This document shows positions 13,067-26,228 of a stretch of 64,000 bases of DNA, piece after piece. Position 1 is the first letter of the stretch. Every line of letters starts with the position of its first letter. The position numbers were made by a program, and so were the translations under genes. The notes below the pieces were generated by a model. That model saw only the letters and a program-made list of their open reading frames with translations. It searched no databases and was not told where the DNA came from. Origin of the DNA: Haliotis rufescens (Eukaryota); contig NW_025964001.1 of the NCBI RefSeq assembly GCF_023055435.1, forward strand, positions 43,400,001-43,464,000, written 5' to 3'.

Positions 13067-14437
13067 CTTTGTTGTCAACAAACCCACCTGATCGCATATC
13101 ATCCCGTTATAACGCATCGCGTCAGGCGCTGTGACTCGATATACCACACAAGGGATTGTTACAGTGTTAAATGACATACAAGTACGCGAGTGGTTAACTG
13201 CAAATTAAAACATGGATGTATATTTGTATGAAAATAAAAAAACAACAATGATTTCGCCAATTTATGAAGAATGGGTGAGTAACTTATAATTATATAATAT
13301 TGAACAAGGGTTTATGTACTCTATATACTAGTACTTAGGAGATAAACCGACTGTGTTTTGAAATTTGATGTAGTCCCACTGTAGAGTAGATACCTCTTAT
13401 TTGAATTTGGAGCCGAGCGCTTAAGCGCGAGGTTTCAAATGTATAGATAAGAAATAAGACATTTGTTGCCAAGAAAAAGTGGTTCGTGTATGATTTCCGA
13501 ATTGTGCGTGTTCTGAAATGAATTTCATCAAGTTTGACTTCAATGATGTCGGGACATTGTTTTCGTGGCTTTTCGAATGGACGAGTGTTTTCTGAGTGAT
13601 GGACTTTCAAATCCTCTTCTGCCAAATCCTTACGATGGTGGCTGACGGAGATGGCAACGAATATCGATCACACAAAAAAGTTTGTAAACAACATGTTGTC
13701 ATGAATAAGTTTTTTTCAAACAATTTTCATAATGTTTTATTTTACTTTCATTGTCGGTTGTTTCAATGAGGAAATAGCTGAAATTGTTCCGATTCTGGTC
13801 ACAATAGTACATGTCCCTAACAGTTTCATAAACATTTCATTTGTATGCAAAAGATATGCCTTCGTTCAATCTTTTAATGTTATCATCGAAGCAGTCAGGG
13901 TTGCGGCCTAGAACGCCCCAAAACATCCGATATTTCCTCTATTCGACGCTTTGCCGTCTATTAACGTCACGAGCCCTTGACTCGGCGTGTATTAGAGACC
14001 TGGATGGTATTGGAGACCAGGGTGTATTAGAGGAAATATAGATACGTTTTACAGTTCATATGGGGGTGATAGATCGGGAGCCATTTTTATGAATCGATAT
14101 GTAGGCTATCTATGTATTCATACGCTCGTTTTTTGTGAAAAGACTTAATATATTTTAGAGGGGTTTCCGTAGCAAAAAGGAAATATCTTTTTAACCAGTC
14201 AGAATCAAGCATTCATCAATGTCATTATAGAATCTACGATGTGCTCTGGCAGTGATGTATGAATTTACATTTAGAATATTTGCGCTGGTGTAGGAATGTT
14301 TAATGCTCGCACATGTTGACAGCTGTGTAAACATTCGAGATATATAAGTAACAGCATCGCCTCATTACTGATATTTCAATACGAATTTCTGGCTAGTGCC
14401 AGAATAGGTAAACAACACTATGAATAACCATTGAGAA

Positions 14438-14700
14438 GTACTAGAACCTCGTTATCTCGAACTCCGTTATCTCGAATGTGCCGATATCACGAACCTATCT
14501 CCGGTCCCGACCGCGTCGCTGTATAAAACAGCATATAAATGTGCTCGTATATCTCGAAGATTATAAGGATACGTATTCTGTTTGTTGACTGTAAACGCCG
14601 ACGAGAGTTGTACACCGTTATAAGACGATGTGATGAATGTACGTACCTCGAAGTTATCTGACACAGATCTAATATCAGCCGCTGTTGAAACAACAGATTA
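14438..14700 (+). mobile_element. Possible Tc1/pogo-type MITE fragment
   Basis: Begins gaacctcgttatctcgaactccgttatctcgaa, typical of such TIRs; the partner end was not found. Confidence 0.35.
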
Positions 14701-17700
14701 CTCCGTCTACGTATACATGCATCACACCATAGGTGAATTCCGGGTCAGGATACGACGCAAATGAAGCTGTTGATCGGGCAAGCACTATAGCACAACACGA
14801 CTGCATGGAGGGTTGCTCATGACTTCAGTAACAGGTTTGTCTGTCTTGATTAATTTCAGTCTATGATATATCTGGTGTAATTGCTTCAGTTTTTGAACAC
14901 TACCCACACACTCGCATGAGTGTAGCGAAGTGGATAAGGCGTTGGCTCGTCTCTCTGAAGACCAGAGTTCTATTCCCCATACAGATATAACGTATGATGT
15001 TGTGCTCCGCGGTGACGCAATTACAAAAGACGGTGTGCAACCACACGTATTCTCGTCGGCATTACCTGCACTCAGAAGCATACTGACCCCCTCCTTTCTT
15101 ACTAATACACCCAGTACATATGTTGACCGTGTGGAGAAAGAGATACAAACGTGTTCTTTCAGTGTGCCATTCTATTGGGCTCTGACGGAATGTCGGTTAA
15201 TGGCTAGATAGACCACGAGATCCCTACGTAAAACGTTTCATATTAAAAATAGTTCAAATATTGTTATATTTGTCAAAAAAGGAGTAGGACTCAGGATGTT
15301 GGAAAAAGATGAGTTGTTTTGTTGTATAACGCCGCACTCAGCAATATTCCAGCTATATGACGGCGATCTGTAAGTAATCGAGTCTGGACCAGACAGTCCA
15401 GTGATTGACAACATGAGCATCGATCTATGCAATTGGGGTCGATGACATGCATCAACCAAGTCAGCGAGTGTTCACATTAGGGGTTGTGATTTTTACAATT
15501 GAGTATTGGTGCTTAGTGATGTATTATTAGAGAAAATTGGTTGTGAATACCATGTACATTGTATACAGGATATCTTCAGGTATTTTGGCCTTCTTTTTTT
15601 CTGTGTGTAATTCTGATGGAAAGAAGTCACTCAACCAGTTCAATCATTCCATAGTATAAGAAGATCAGACTTGGTTAGAATCCGTGTTTATCTCTGGCAA
15701 CTTCCCACTGATGACATTAAGTGAACTTGGCAAGTGGTTATGAATTTTGATATTCATATTATTATTATAGTGCAAACCATTTCAATAAAAAAAATTAAAA
15801 TAGTGCAAACCATTTCAATACTTTTATTTTAAATTTCATTTATCTAAATACCTAACTGGTTCAATTTGCACCGAATTTCTATGCCCTTTGTCTGTTTAAT
15901 ATATTCAGCAAACATTCGGCGTATCCCCTCTTATCATAAGCCCCTCCTGGCAGGACCCTTATTCTCCAGCGCTATCTATAAATTTCAAATAACACCTCCT
16001 TACGTCGCCGGATCTTACGTCTATACATACACGTGGGACAATGACCTTGCCACACGTTACGTAATACCTCGCTCGACAGCCAGAAGATCGACTCGTGTAA
16101 GTGACAGAACTCCCCAACAATCTCAGTCATTGGGACGCAGCCAAAACGAGACAAAAACGGCCCAAGGCAAGGTACGTCGTAAAGGTGGCGTATAAATACA
16201 ACATTCGTTGCTGGTGATTCGACCATAGACGCGTAAGTAGACGCGGTGATGAATGTTGTGATTATGCTTCAATATAATGTTTTGTTTATTGATGATACGC
16301 TGAACCTTTATGCTTGTATGCTTGTACTAGAGAGACCCTATACCTTCTCTATCTTAAGCGTATTTGTTCGCCTGACCTGCTATTGATCAAAGGCAACTTC
16401 AACGATTTATGGACGTTACAAATTCAGATAAACTGTTCCAATAATACAGGGTGTGGTGAGCTGCATGCATCTATGCATATCTTTATGAAGTGTAAATAGT
16501 AGTGTCTATCGGGAATAGATTATCTATAGGAGCTGAATAGCTTTCGTATAGCTATCTGGACCCAGCCTTACCCCCATCCCCACAAACATTCGGATGACCA
16601 GCTGATGCCTAAAAATAGTCCCGTCCGCACGTGATGTTTTCAGACACTGGACAGTAAATAAATTTGTTATTAAACGGGTGATCTCTTCACAGAGGAGTAA
16701 TACACATAGATATTTAATCTCACAAACACTGGTACGAAAGTAGGATCGTGTAGAAATAAAAGTAGCCATGGAGAGTGTGATTGCCCTGAAGTGACCTCTG
16801 TACATACAGGTCAGTCACAGTAGGTGTAAGTTCGCTCATCGATGTGTGTACCGTTACCAAGCCAGGTTCCACTTGTCGCGGTCCGCCCAGATAATTCTCC
16901 TTGTCAACATGGCACTAATCATTGATGTCTTTGAGAGGTTAACGTGTAAGAAATGATTACGTTTGTCTTTCCACCGCGATATAACTGAAAGGTCACGTTA
17001 ATTCCAATTCACTCACTCGATCCCCAAGTTCAAGGAAAGGTTAATGTGCTAGGAATAATGTACATAATCAGTTACTACTCAGATGACTTTGTTTGTTGGC
17101 TGGTTAACGCCGCGCTTAGCAATAATCCAGCTATATGACTTTCTGTAATAATCGAGCCTGGAACTGACACTCCAGTGATTGACACCATGACCATCAATGT
17201 ACGCAATTGGGCTCTGATAACTAACTATCCAAATGTATAACATCGCAGATGCCAAAGGATCAAATCTTTAATCCGCATACCCACAATGTGGCTCGTGAAC
17301 ACCCCAGCAAAAGAGTGAGTGAGCGAGTTTAGTTTAACGCCTCTTTTAACAGTATTCCAGTTATATCACGGCGTGTCAGCTTAATGTGGGAGGAAAGCCC
17401 GAAGTGATGCAGGTCTCAGACGTTTACCACTTTGGTGAAACCAACGGGCATGGGTATGGTGCTGACAAACCTAGAAACATAATAGGGGCGAACCGGGATT
17501 CGAACCTCCAATCATAGGTTTCTGGTGTGCTCAAGGCACGCACATTTGCACAGCACCTTCCCCCTTCCCAGTCGATACCGTTCACAAATCAATCACCCAA
17601 CCCTAAAATGAATGTTACCATAAAATGCAATGTTAAATTTAAGATACCTTCATAGAATTGACAAAGCCATATCTCATTCTAAAAACTTATTCAAATATGA

Positions 17701-18038
17701 TTACAAAAGCAACATTATTGATACATCAATTTCATTTTAGTTCGATATATAATTATAGACCGTGCACGTGGTAATCGGTGAACATCTGAAGCGAGCATAT
17801 GGCTATGTAGCGGCACGTAGGTAAGCGATATATACTGATCACACTGTCAACCAATCTCATTGTCACGAGACACGCTTAACACGCCCACCTACACATAAGA
17901 CAGAGTGGTACATTTTATGACCTTTTCAACTGTGAAGTCGACAGGCAGCGGTCATATGGTCTGAGGTGCAGCGTTATCTCAAGTTCGTATGATTATGTTT
18001 CAGGAGGACTGAAAAAGTGTAATATAAGTCTGTCAAAA

Positions 18039-21000
18039 ATGCCGAAGGAGGAGGAACAAAAGCCGCTCCTTGGGGCCCCAAGCACTAAACCCAGATCGTT
18101 CCTGAATGCTATGGTTCTCTGCGGGTTGATGATGGTGTTATACATCTCTGGCTTCATCTCACTGGTCCCGCTCCTCAGCCAGTTTGTAAGGAACAGAGTT
18201 GCTGAGCGTTACTCCAACAACAGCAACGGCAGTGTCAGCACCGGGGACGTCTGCAAACGAAATAACAGTGACGACAACATAAAACTTGGAATCATAATCC
18301 AACAAGACTCATCAGAACTCTTGCTTATTACTACTCTACCCGGCTCGATTATCGCCATCCTTGTCAACCTCGTCCTTGGATCTTACTCGGATTTCCTCGG
18401 AAGAAGGTTCCTTTTCTTTGTACCTACTTTAGGAGCTGCCCTGAAAGTAACGCTTCTGTGTTTTATTATAGGCTTCCACATGTCCCTTAATTGGCTCTAC
18501 CTGGCATACATTTTGGAAGGTTTTACTGGAGGGTTTACAGCCTTCCTGTTAGCCGTGTTTTCTTACACTGCCGATGTCACAACGCCAGGGAAAAAGCGTA
18601 CTGTCATGATAGCTCTCATGGAGGGTATCTTAGCTGTTGCCGGAGCAGTTGGACAAGTGGCAGTGGGATTTATTATTGAGGATGTCAACTACCTGTACGC
18701 TGCGATAATGATCGCTGCCATCTTTGGTCTGGCACTGATCGTTATAATAACACTCCTACCTGAAACCATGACCAATAAGATGGAGAAACGGTGGTCTCCA
18801 CTGCCACACATCAAGAAGGTTTTTGGATTCTTCTTCACACGAGGCTCAGGTAAACAGCGAGCCATGTATATTCTAGCAATGCTTATATTCTATTTTGGAG
18901 TAATTGTCAACCTAGGTCGGACTTCAGTAGAAACTCTCTATCAATTAGACAAACCATTTTGTTGGAGCCCTCTGAAAATCGGTTTCTATGGTGCTATCAG
19001 ACTGTCCTTCACTGTCGCATGCAGTGTAGTTGGATTGAAGCTTCTGCAGCCTTGCTTCCGAGACATGACAATTGCATTAATAGGACTGGCTTTCGGCGCA
19101 GCATCCTTCGTGATGGAAGGACTGGCCGTCAACGATTGGATGCTGTATTCAGGTTAGTTTTCAATGGGTTTCTGATCTACCTTCATAATTTTAGTATCTT
19201 ATACTGAGCGTAAAACCGTTAAACCGTTAAACTGTAATAGTGGTATAACATACATGGAGTAAAACATTTTAAATTAGTTTGTGACAGTTTAAGGTCCGGT
19301 TAATGTTAAAGCAGCTGGTGGAGCTGCTGCCAGCTTGTGGACCAATAATATAAGCCTGTGGAGCGAATGAACACCACGTGGATTGATCCAATAGGCAGAT
19401 TATACATCCGAAGTCACTTTGTGGGGCCAATAGCCAGCTTTGAGCCAATATATAGTTCTGTGGGGCCAGTGGGCAACTCGTGGATCCAGTGGAGCCAATT
19501 TCCTGTCTTGTGAGCCTATGGTGGAGACAATATATTACTCTTCGGGTCTAAAAGGCAACTTGTGGAACCATTATAATATGATATTTTCCAGTAAGTAGCT
19601 TGTGGAGTTAATATATAACTCGGTGTAGCTTGTGAAGCCAATGCCGTTATTTGAAGCCGATATGGAGCAAGTGAACCAATATATAGCTCCATGTGACTTT
19701 TGGAGCCCGTAGTACTCAGTGAAGATAATTCACCAAGAAACAAGGGATAGCTTGAGTTGTCACATGCACCTAGATTTGATGTGATAACAACTATAACTAT
19801 TTCTTAGGCTGGTTCCAGATAATATAAATCAGTTCTTTGTTTCAGTGCCAGCAATCGGTTTCATAGCATTCAATGTTGTTCCTGTTGCCAGGGCAACCAT
19901 GTCCAAAATGACCTCGCCACTAGAACAAGGTAAGCACGTTCACAAGTTTGCAGATATGGTTGATTATTTACCCACCACAATGATGCGATTTACGTATTCA
20001 TTCCGATCAATGTAACTATTTCTAACGCAATTTAAACATAAATATAAAATGTTCGTTCTTACGAAAGTTTAATGGTGCATCTTTGTTTGCATATTTTTTT
20101 TAACATCAGAATGTCTGCTTACATTAATATCTTTTCCCGAAATTTCGAGTTTTTTCGTAATTCCGATTTACTCGTTATTTCGAGATTATTTAAAAATACT
20201 AGACTTTTTGATTTTTCTCACTTCGATTAGTTTTTCGTAATTTCGATTTCGATTTTTGAACATAAACTTGCAATATTGAGAAAATAATCGAAGTGACGAG
20301 AAAATACTATTTTAATTTGATACTCTAATTTGTAAGGTTTTTAAATGAACTTGAAATAACAAGAAAATAATCGAAATTACGATAACTCTTTTTGCTGCTA
20401 CCAAAGTGGCACCATATTACGGTTTCCTTCATATTTCCGATTCTCTTCCTTTGAAGGTGCCTTATTCTCCAGTATTGCTGCCATGGAAACCATCTGCAAC
20501 ACGATGTCCAACACTCTCTACAACACCGTGTATCAGAGCACTGTAGGGGTATTCAGGGGGGCCGTGTTCATAATGATGGCTGGGTTTGGTGTCCTTACCT
20601 CCTGCTTCATTGTGTGAGTATCCCAATGTTTTGTGTGTTGATCTTTAGAAACTGAATCTGGGCGGTCGGGTAGCCTCGTGGTTAAAGCGTTCGCTCGTCA
20701 CGCCGAAGACCCGGGTTCGATTCCCGACATGGGTACAATGTGTGAAGCCCATTTCTGGTGTCCCCCGCCGTGATATTGCTGGAATATTGCTAAAAGCGGC
20801 GTAAAAACAAACTCACTCACTCACTCACTATAAACTGAATCCTATTGTTTGCTGAGTTTTCATATGGAAAGTATGCTATATTCACCGATCAGATGCACTT
20901 ATAAGAAATATAAGATAGCTATAAGAACAATGAAGAACGAAGCGTGGTCTATTTCACGACAGAACACTGTTCTATCACGACGTCATTTCTGGAGATTCGA

Positions 21001-22219
21001 AAATGTAACATATCGCAACTTGATGACGTCATATATTGGACGACGTAATATTTTGGTGGGAAATGTCTACAGTAGTAAGTTATTTCCAATAGACGTAACC
21101 TTACAACGCAGATAAACGCAGTGGCCGAACGATTATGTCAAAAAGTGGGAGAGATATAGCAGTTTGTATTAGGAGAAAAGGTACAGGTAATCGACTTTGA
21201 TGATTGTAGAAATATGTGGGATATACCAAACTTAACCCACCTGTGCGTTAAATGGACTTGTCCGACATATGCGAGGTTGGGTTCTATTCAGGGAGTAGTC
21301 ACCTTTATACGAGATGTACGTGTTATCTTGAACTGTATCATCTGAAGTTTGTGATGCACTTCGTGGCATTGCTTTGTAATACAAGATCTGTACAGAAATA
21401 TGTGACTTGGCTTGTGTAATACGGAGTCTGTATCGAAATATGTAGATTGGCTTGAGTAATACGGCGCCTGTTCTGAATAATGTGTCTGGGCTGGTGGTAT
21501 ACGAAGCATGTGCTGAAATATGTGACTTGGCTTGTGTGATACGATCATGTGATGAATATTATGTCTGGGCTGGTGGTATACGAAGCATGTGCTGAAATAT
21601 GTGACTTGGCTTGTGTAATACGATCATGTGATGAATATTATGTCTGGGCTGGTGGTATACGAAGCATGTGCTGAAATATGTGACTTGGCTTGTGTAATAC
21701 GATCATGTGATGAATATTATGTCTGGGCTGGTGGTATACGAAGCATGTGCTGAAATATGTGACTTGGCTTGTGTAATACGGAGCATGTACTGAAATATGC
21801 GACTTGGCTTTGTTATACGATATCTGCATGCTCAGTTTTCATTGGTCTGAACACTCGCAGCCTTCCCTTTATCTTTAGTTATGGTTTCAGCTTGATTGAA
21901 TGGTTATTCGCCGCGACTCTCTGTATAGGAACTGTGTATGTAAATAGAGTGGCTGGAACAATGCTCAAAGAAGCTTAACACTGACATATCTGCTGACATA
22001 TCCACGTGGTGGAAATTGTCTTCTAAACCTGTCATAACGTAACGTAAAGCAGTACTATCATATGTTGTATATTGCAGCATCTTCCTCTGCATCTCTCGTA
22101 ACAGCGGGGACCTCGTCTACGAGGTAACGATTCCTCCAACCAAAAACGACGTGACTGTGAACAAGGAGGAGACAGCATCGTCCCCACACACGTGCACAGA
22201 CACGACAAACAACGAATGA
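18039..22219 (+). CDS. Gene C: SLC46-family transporter, about 498 aa; exons 18039-19152, 19846-19929, 20457-20613, 22078-22219
   Basis: In-frame splice of 1497 nt. Motifs GSYSDFLGRR, SYTADVT, LPET, PFCWSPLKIG, EQGALFSSIA. An acceptor at 18002-18003 suggests a 5' UTR intron. Confidence 0.93.
19315..19715. repeat. Degenerate minisatellite (tgtggagccaatatata-like) in gene C intron 1
   Basis: About 15 imperfect tgtgga(g/c)ccaat motifs. Confidence 0.65.
20135..20390. repeat. Foldback-like MITE remnant with internal tcgt(a/t)atttcga repeats
   Basis: Left-half motifs (tcgtaatttcgatt, cttcgatta) are mirrored in the right half (aatcgaaattacga, taatcgaag). Confidence 0.55.
20660..20831 (+). mobile_element. 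tRNA-head SINE family 1 with (ACTC)n tail
   Basis: A box tagcctcgtggttaaagcg, B box ggttcgattccc, TSD aaactgaatc at 20649 and 20832. Confidence 0.88.
21390..21815. repeat. 79-bp minisatellite (dimer of ~40-bp subunits) in gene C intron 3
   Basis: gtctgggctggtggtatacg recurs at 21484, 21563, 21642 and 21721. Confidence 0.95.
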
Positions 22220-24542
22220 TACTCAAACACATACACGTGCTCAACACTATCAGTGCGCACATTGAAGTTAGTGAAGATGTCCTTTACACCCAACTGGTTT
22301 CTTGGTCATAAACCTGGACAGTTCTACGATCTGAAATGACGCATCTCTTAGATCATTCTGAACACATGCAGCGTGAAAACAGAAACAATCAGTATTGGCG
22401 CCATTAGAATGTGTTCTGGACATTTTGTTGCAACGGGTTGTTTTCCCTGGTAACATTCCTGTGTAGGCGCCGAGGTTGAACGACTTTATTTAGAATACCT
22501 GGGAGTAAGCGTTGGTTCTCTGTTATGCATTATTTTGTAAAGAGCATCATGTTCGTAGCCCATGTGTTTTAAACATGGAGTCAACGCTCTCGACTAACTC
22601 CTCGATGGTTGAAATGTATATCCCCCTTTAGGGGGTCGCTAAATTTACAGAAATTCTTTTTCCACCAATTGAGCTGAGTGACAAAAATCACTTCAACCGT
22701 TACATGACGGAAGACACCAAGACTGAGCATCACATTGTACCTACTTTGAGATTCGAACCCGTGGCTTCAGTCGCGACTGATTATGTTTCAGGGCTACATA
22801 TTAAACAGCAGGCAACGATTTCCATCAGACATTGATGTATTTCTTTGTTTATTGCTTAACGACACAGTCAGCAATAGCTATATGTAAATAATCGAGTCTG
22901 AACCAGACAATCCAGTGATTGATATTGCGAGCGACGATCCACGCCGTCAGGATACGTTGACACGCCATCGACCAAGATACCGAGCCTGACCTCCCGATCC
23001 ATTAAGTGTCCCCCCCACGACCATCAAAGGTTGTAACCCAGAATCCACAGGGGTCACAATGCATTGAAATATGCAATCCCTGTCTGTTTTATTTGACTAC
23101 GATGTTGTTTCTTAAAATGTGAAATGAGCAGTACGTCTCCAGTGATTAGTTTGGATGGAAGTTTCTATAATTTAAACAGATATGGTGAGGCATCGTGGAG
23201 TTCATTACCAACGCAGTGAAGAAACAAGGGTTTAGATGATAAATCTGTACGCCATCCTCCGTACTGCGTTTTAGCTGTTTTGATTAGATAATCGCGACCC
23301 CAAAGATATTGCGCCCGACAAACTTTGCTTTAATCCTACTAAATCATAAAACTAGACAAAGCCGGATAACGACTTTCGGTTAAATGTAGGGTTGCTAATT
23401 TGAATGACGATGTGAAGCCAGTTCAGATATATTTACGATATTGCCTTTCCTGTATTGTTGTGTCATTTGTTTTGTTCTTGCAATCGCACGACACTGTTTC
23501 CTAAAGCGTTCATGAATGACACTGTAGCTGAAGAAATGCTGGGGAAAAAATATATATATATATATCTGACTGCCAGCGATGCACGTTTCGACATAGCTTC
23601 ATTCACTTATATGATTTCAGTTATATGTGGTCCTTTATTGTTATTTATATAGACATGGAACGTGAGTATTATATAAAATGCCAGACGCGTTCTCGTTAGA
23701 TGCCAGTTTGATGAAGTTCACTAGTTCCACACAATGGAGACCTTCTGTAACAATCTCAATGTATGATGTATCTTTATGTTGTTTTCGGTGTCACCTGTTA
23801 GGCGTTTTCCCTTGCAAACTTTCTTATCATTTGTCACGTACAATACCCATATTTGTATAGTATGCATTCTTCAATAAATTATACCTCTTACAATTGTTCT
23901 CTTACAATGACACCAACAGATGGTCTTCTACAACCGCTGTTTGGCCTGTGATATAACCTTGCATTTACAGTGAACCCTTGGAATGGCAATAGCGGCAGAG
24001 ACCCGTTACTCACACATAATGATAACCGTCCCCGAACACGGTTAACGGGGAAAGGAACCACACTTAGGATGCAACGTTAAGATCTCGTCTATTTTGAAAT
24101 GTTCAATTATTCTCACCGAGTCTTAGCACAAACCAGGAAATCTATAATATCTGACATCGCACAGGATGTAGATAAAGAAAGTAAAATTAACCTCACCAAG
24201 AGTTAAAGAAAGAGTTCTCTTGCAATCTTGAAGTTTACGTCCTAATCGATCTCTTTATAGATGACTTTATTAAACGAAAACTAAAACGACCTTATTCTGT
24301 GTTCCCTCTTCGAGTCAATATATTGAAACACAAATAAACAGCGGGACAAACAAAAGTATACATCCATGTTAAAAAATTGTGAAAAATGATAAATGGTTGT
24401 TCATAGTTAGGTATCATTGTATCTTAGTTATGTGAAGTTCGAAGTGTTTCGGCGACTGTTTTCAGCCAATTAACGCTTTCATGTGAACATTTGTATTTTT
24501 TTGGTCAAATCCAATTTGATATATCGTTTATAATTTCTTTTA

Positions 24543-25172
24543 GGGCTCAGTCACACATTCCGGATTTTTACTGCCGCCCTTGGAAGGACCATTCCTGATT
24601 AATATTTGTCAAAAGTCTGATCAAAATCCTGTGATACGGGTGGGAAATTCACAAAAAAATCAGATATTGTTCAGGAAGCGCCCCGATTTAGCCGTTTCCA
24701 GCCGAATTCGTCCCGATTCTCCCATTCTCAATCTGAATCTGATCCGATTTGTATCTTCCGCATGGTAAAAAACGACCGAATGTGTCCCGACAGAGTCCCG
24801 ATTCCCCGAATGCGATCCGACAGAGATTTGACAGTGACCGGACAGTTAACCGACAAAGACGCAATCGGTACTCAATCAAAAAGAAACGGCAATGAACAAT
24901 TCATGTCCGTTCATCACGACAGAGTCCCGATCAACAGGACACCATCCAGACAACACAGGACATTGTTACGATTTTGATCCGATACAGCAGAATCTGTCAC
25001 GACATAGTCACGAGTTTCCCGAATGTTACGGGACGCACCATACTGTCGGGAGTGCTTGTCCGACCTCTCTTGACCTTTCCCGATCCGCAGGACTCTGTTA
25101 CGAACCTATACGTGCCGTAGCCCTGTCTGATCTCAAACGGGAGCCATAATCGGCACTGTGTGAACCTGGCCC
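24543..25172. mobile_element. PIF/Harbinger-like MITE
   Basis: Imperfect TIRs gggctcagtcacaca ... tgtgtgaacctggccc around a non-coding interior rich in ccga/tcgg. Confidence 0.55.
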
Positions 25173-26228
25173 TACCTGGCCTGTAATGATTTAATGTATC
25201 AGTTTTCCATTTGAGAAGATCAACATGAACTTCATATACACGTGTACAATGTATGATGTTACTTCACTTCCCTACGAACTGTGGAATATGATTTTAATAT
25301 CAGCTAAGACATAGATGATACCGTATCAACAGCGTCAAACCTTAATCCCCACGTATAATGACTTCTTCAAATGCAGCTGAAAAAGTTTTATAGTACTATT
25401 TGTTTAATTGTATGTCTTGCTATATAATGGTGATTGGTGTTCTGTTACTGATACACATCTTTAGCCCAAGCAGCCACTGATCGTGGATTCGAATCACGGT
25501 TTTGTTCTGAATATGACTCATTGTTTGTAAGCAATGATCTGTTTCAACTTTTCCAACACTGTGGTATAGCTGAAACACTGCTCGAAGCTCACCCACTCAC
25601 TCATTCCAAATGTATCACATTTGTGTATCTGGCACAGAAAATACAAATCTTTCTTGGTGGAGATGCAACGCAAATCAATTGCCCATATGTTTGCGATAAC
25701 ATCATTTACAGTTAATCACATTAATGACATGATAAGTATTTAAATACGCAGAAGATGACGATAGAATCCATTAATCTTGGGTTCGTGTCACGTTTTGCCT
25801 GACTATTAATAATATTTCGTCATCACTACGTCATCAGTGTCATGGATCTGCAACTTCCGCCAAACACCGTGGTATTATTGAAATAATGTTCGACGAGGTG
25901 TTTAACCCAACTCATTCACTCATTCCAAATGTAGCGCATTTGTGTTTCCGGCACGGAAGATACTGAGTTTACTTGGAGGAGATGCAACGCAAATTAATTA
26001 CTTGTATCTTTGAGGTAGCATCATTTGTCATACAATCTACCACATTCATGACATGATAAGTATTTAAACACACAGAAGAGGACGTTACTAAACTACTATC
26101 ATCCCATCACATGATCAAAGCGTGGTGTTCCATATTTTGAACGTATCTATCAACACCGTTGCATTCACGTGATAACCTTGGTTGTTGATGACTGTTCCTA
26201 TAAGCTAATTGATGCATCACCATAGTGC

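Noticed and set aside
13335-13625. Short ORF as a host gene
   Set aside because: No splice structure or family motif; at most a weak resemblance to a decayed DNA-transposon (Crypton-like) N-terminus.
20660-20735. tRNA gene (also 52902, 60090-60165, 41317, 30430-30498, 8940-9048)
   Set aside because: The A and B boxes continue into multi-copy bodies with simple-repeat tails and, where visible, TSDs; these are SINE heads.
21390-21815. Regularly spaced repeats resembling a CRISPR array
   Set aside because: The intervening sequences are identical rather than unique spacers, the site is a eukaryotic intron, and there are no cas genes.
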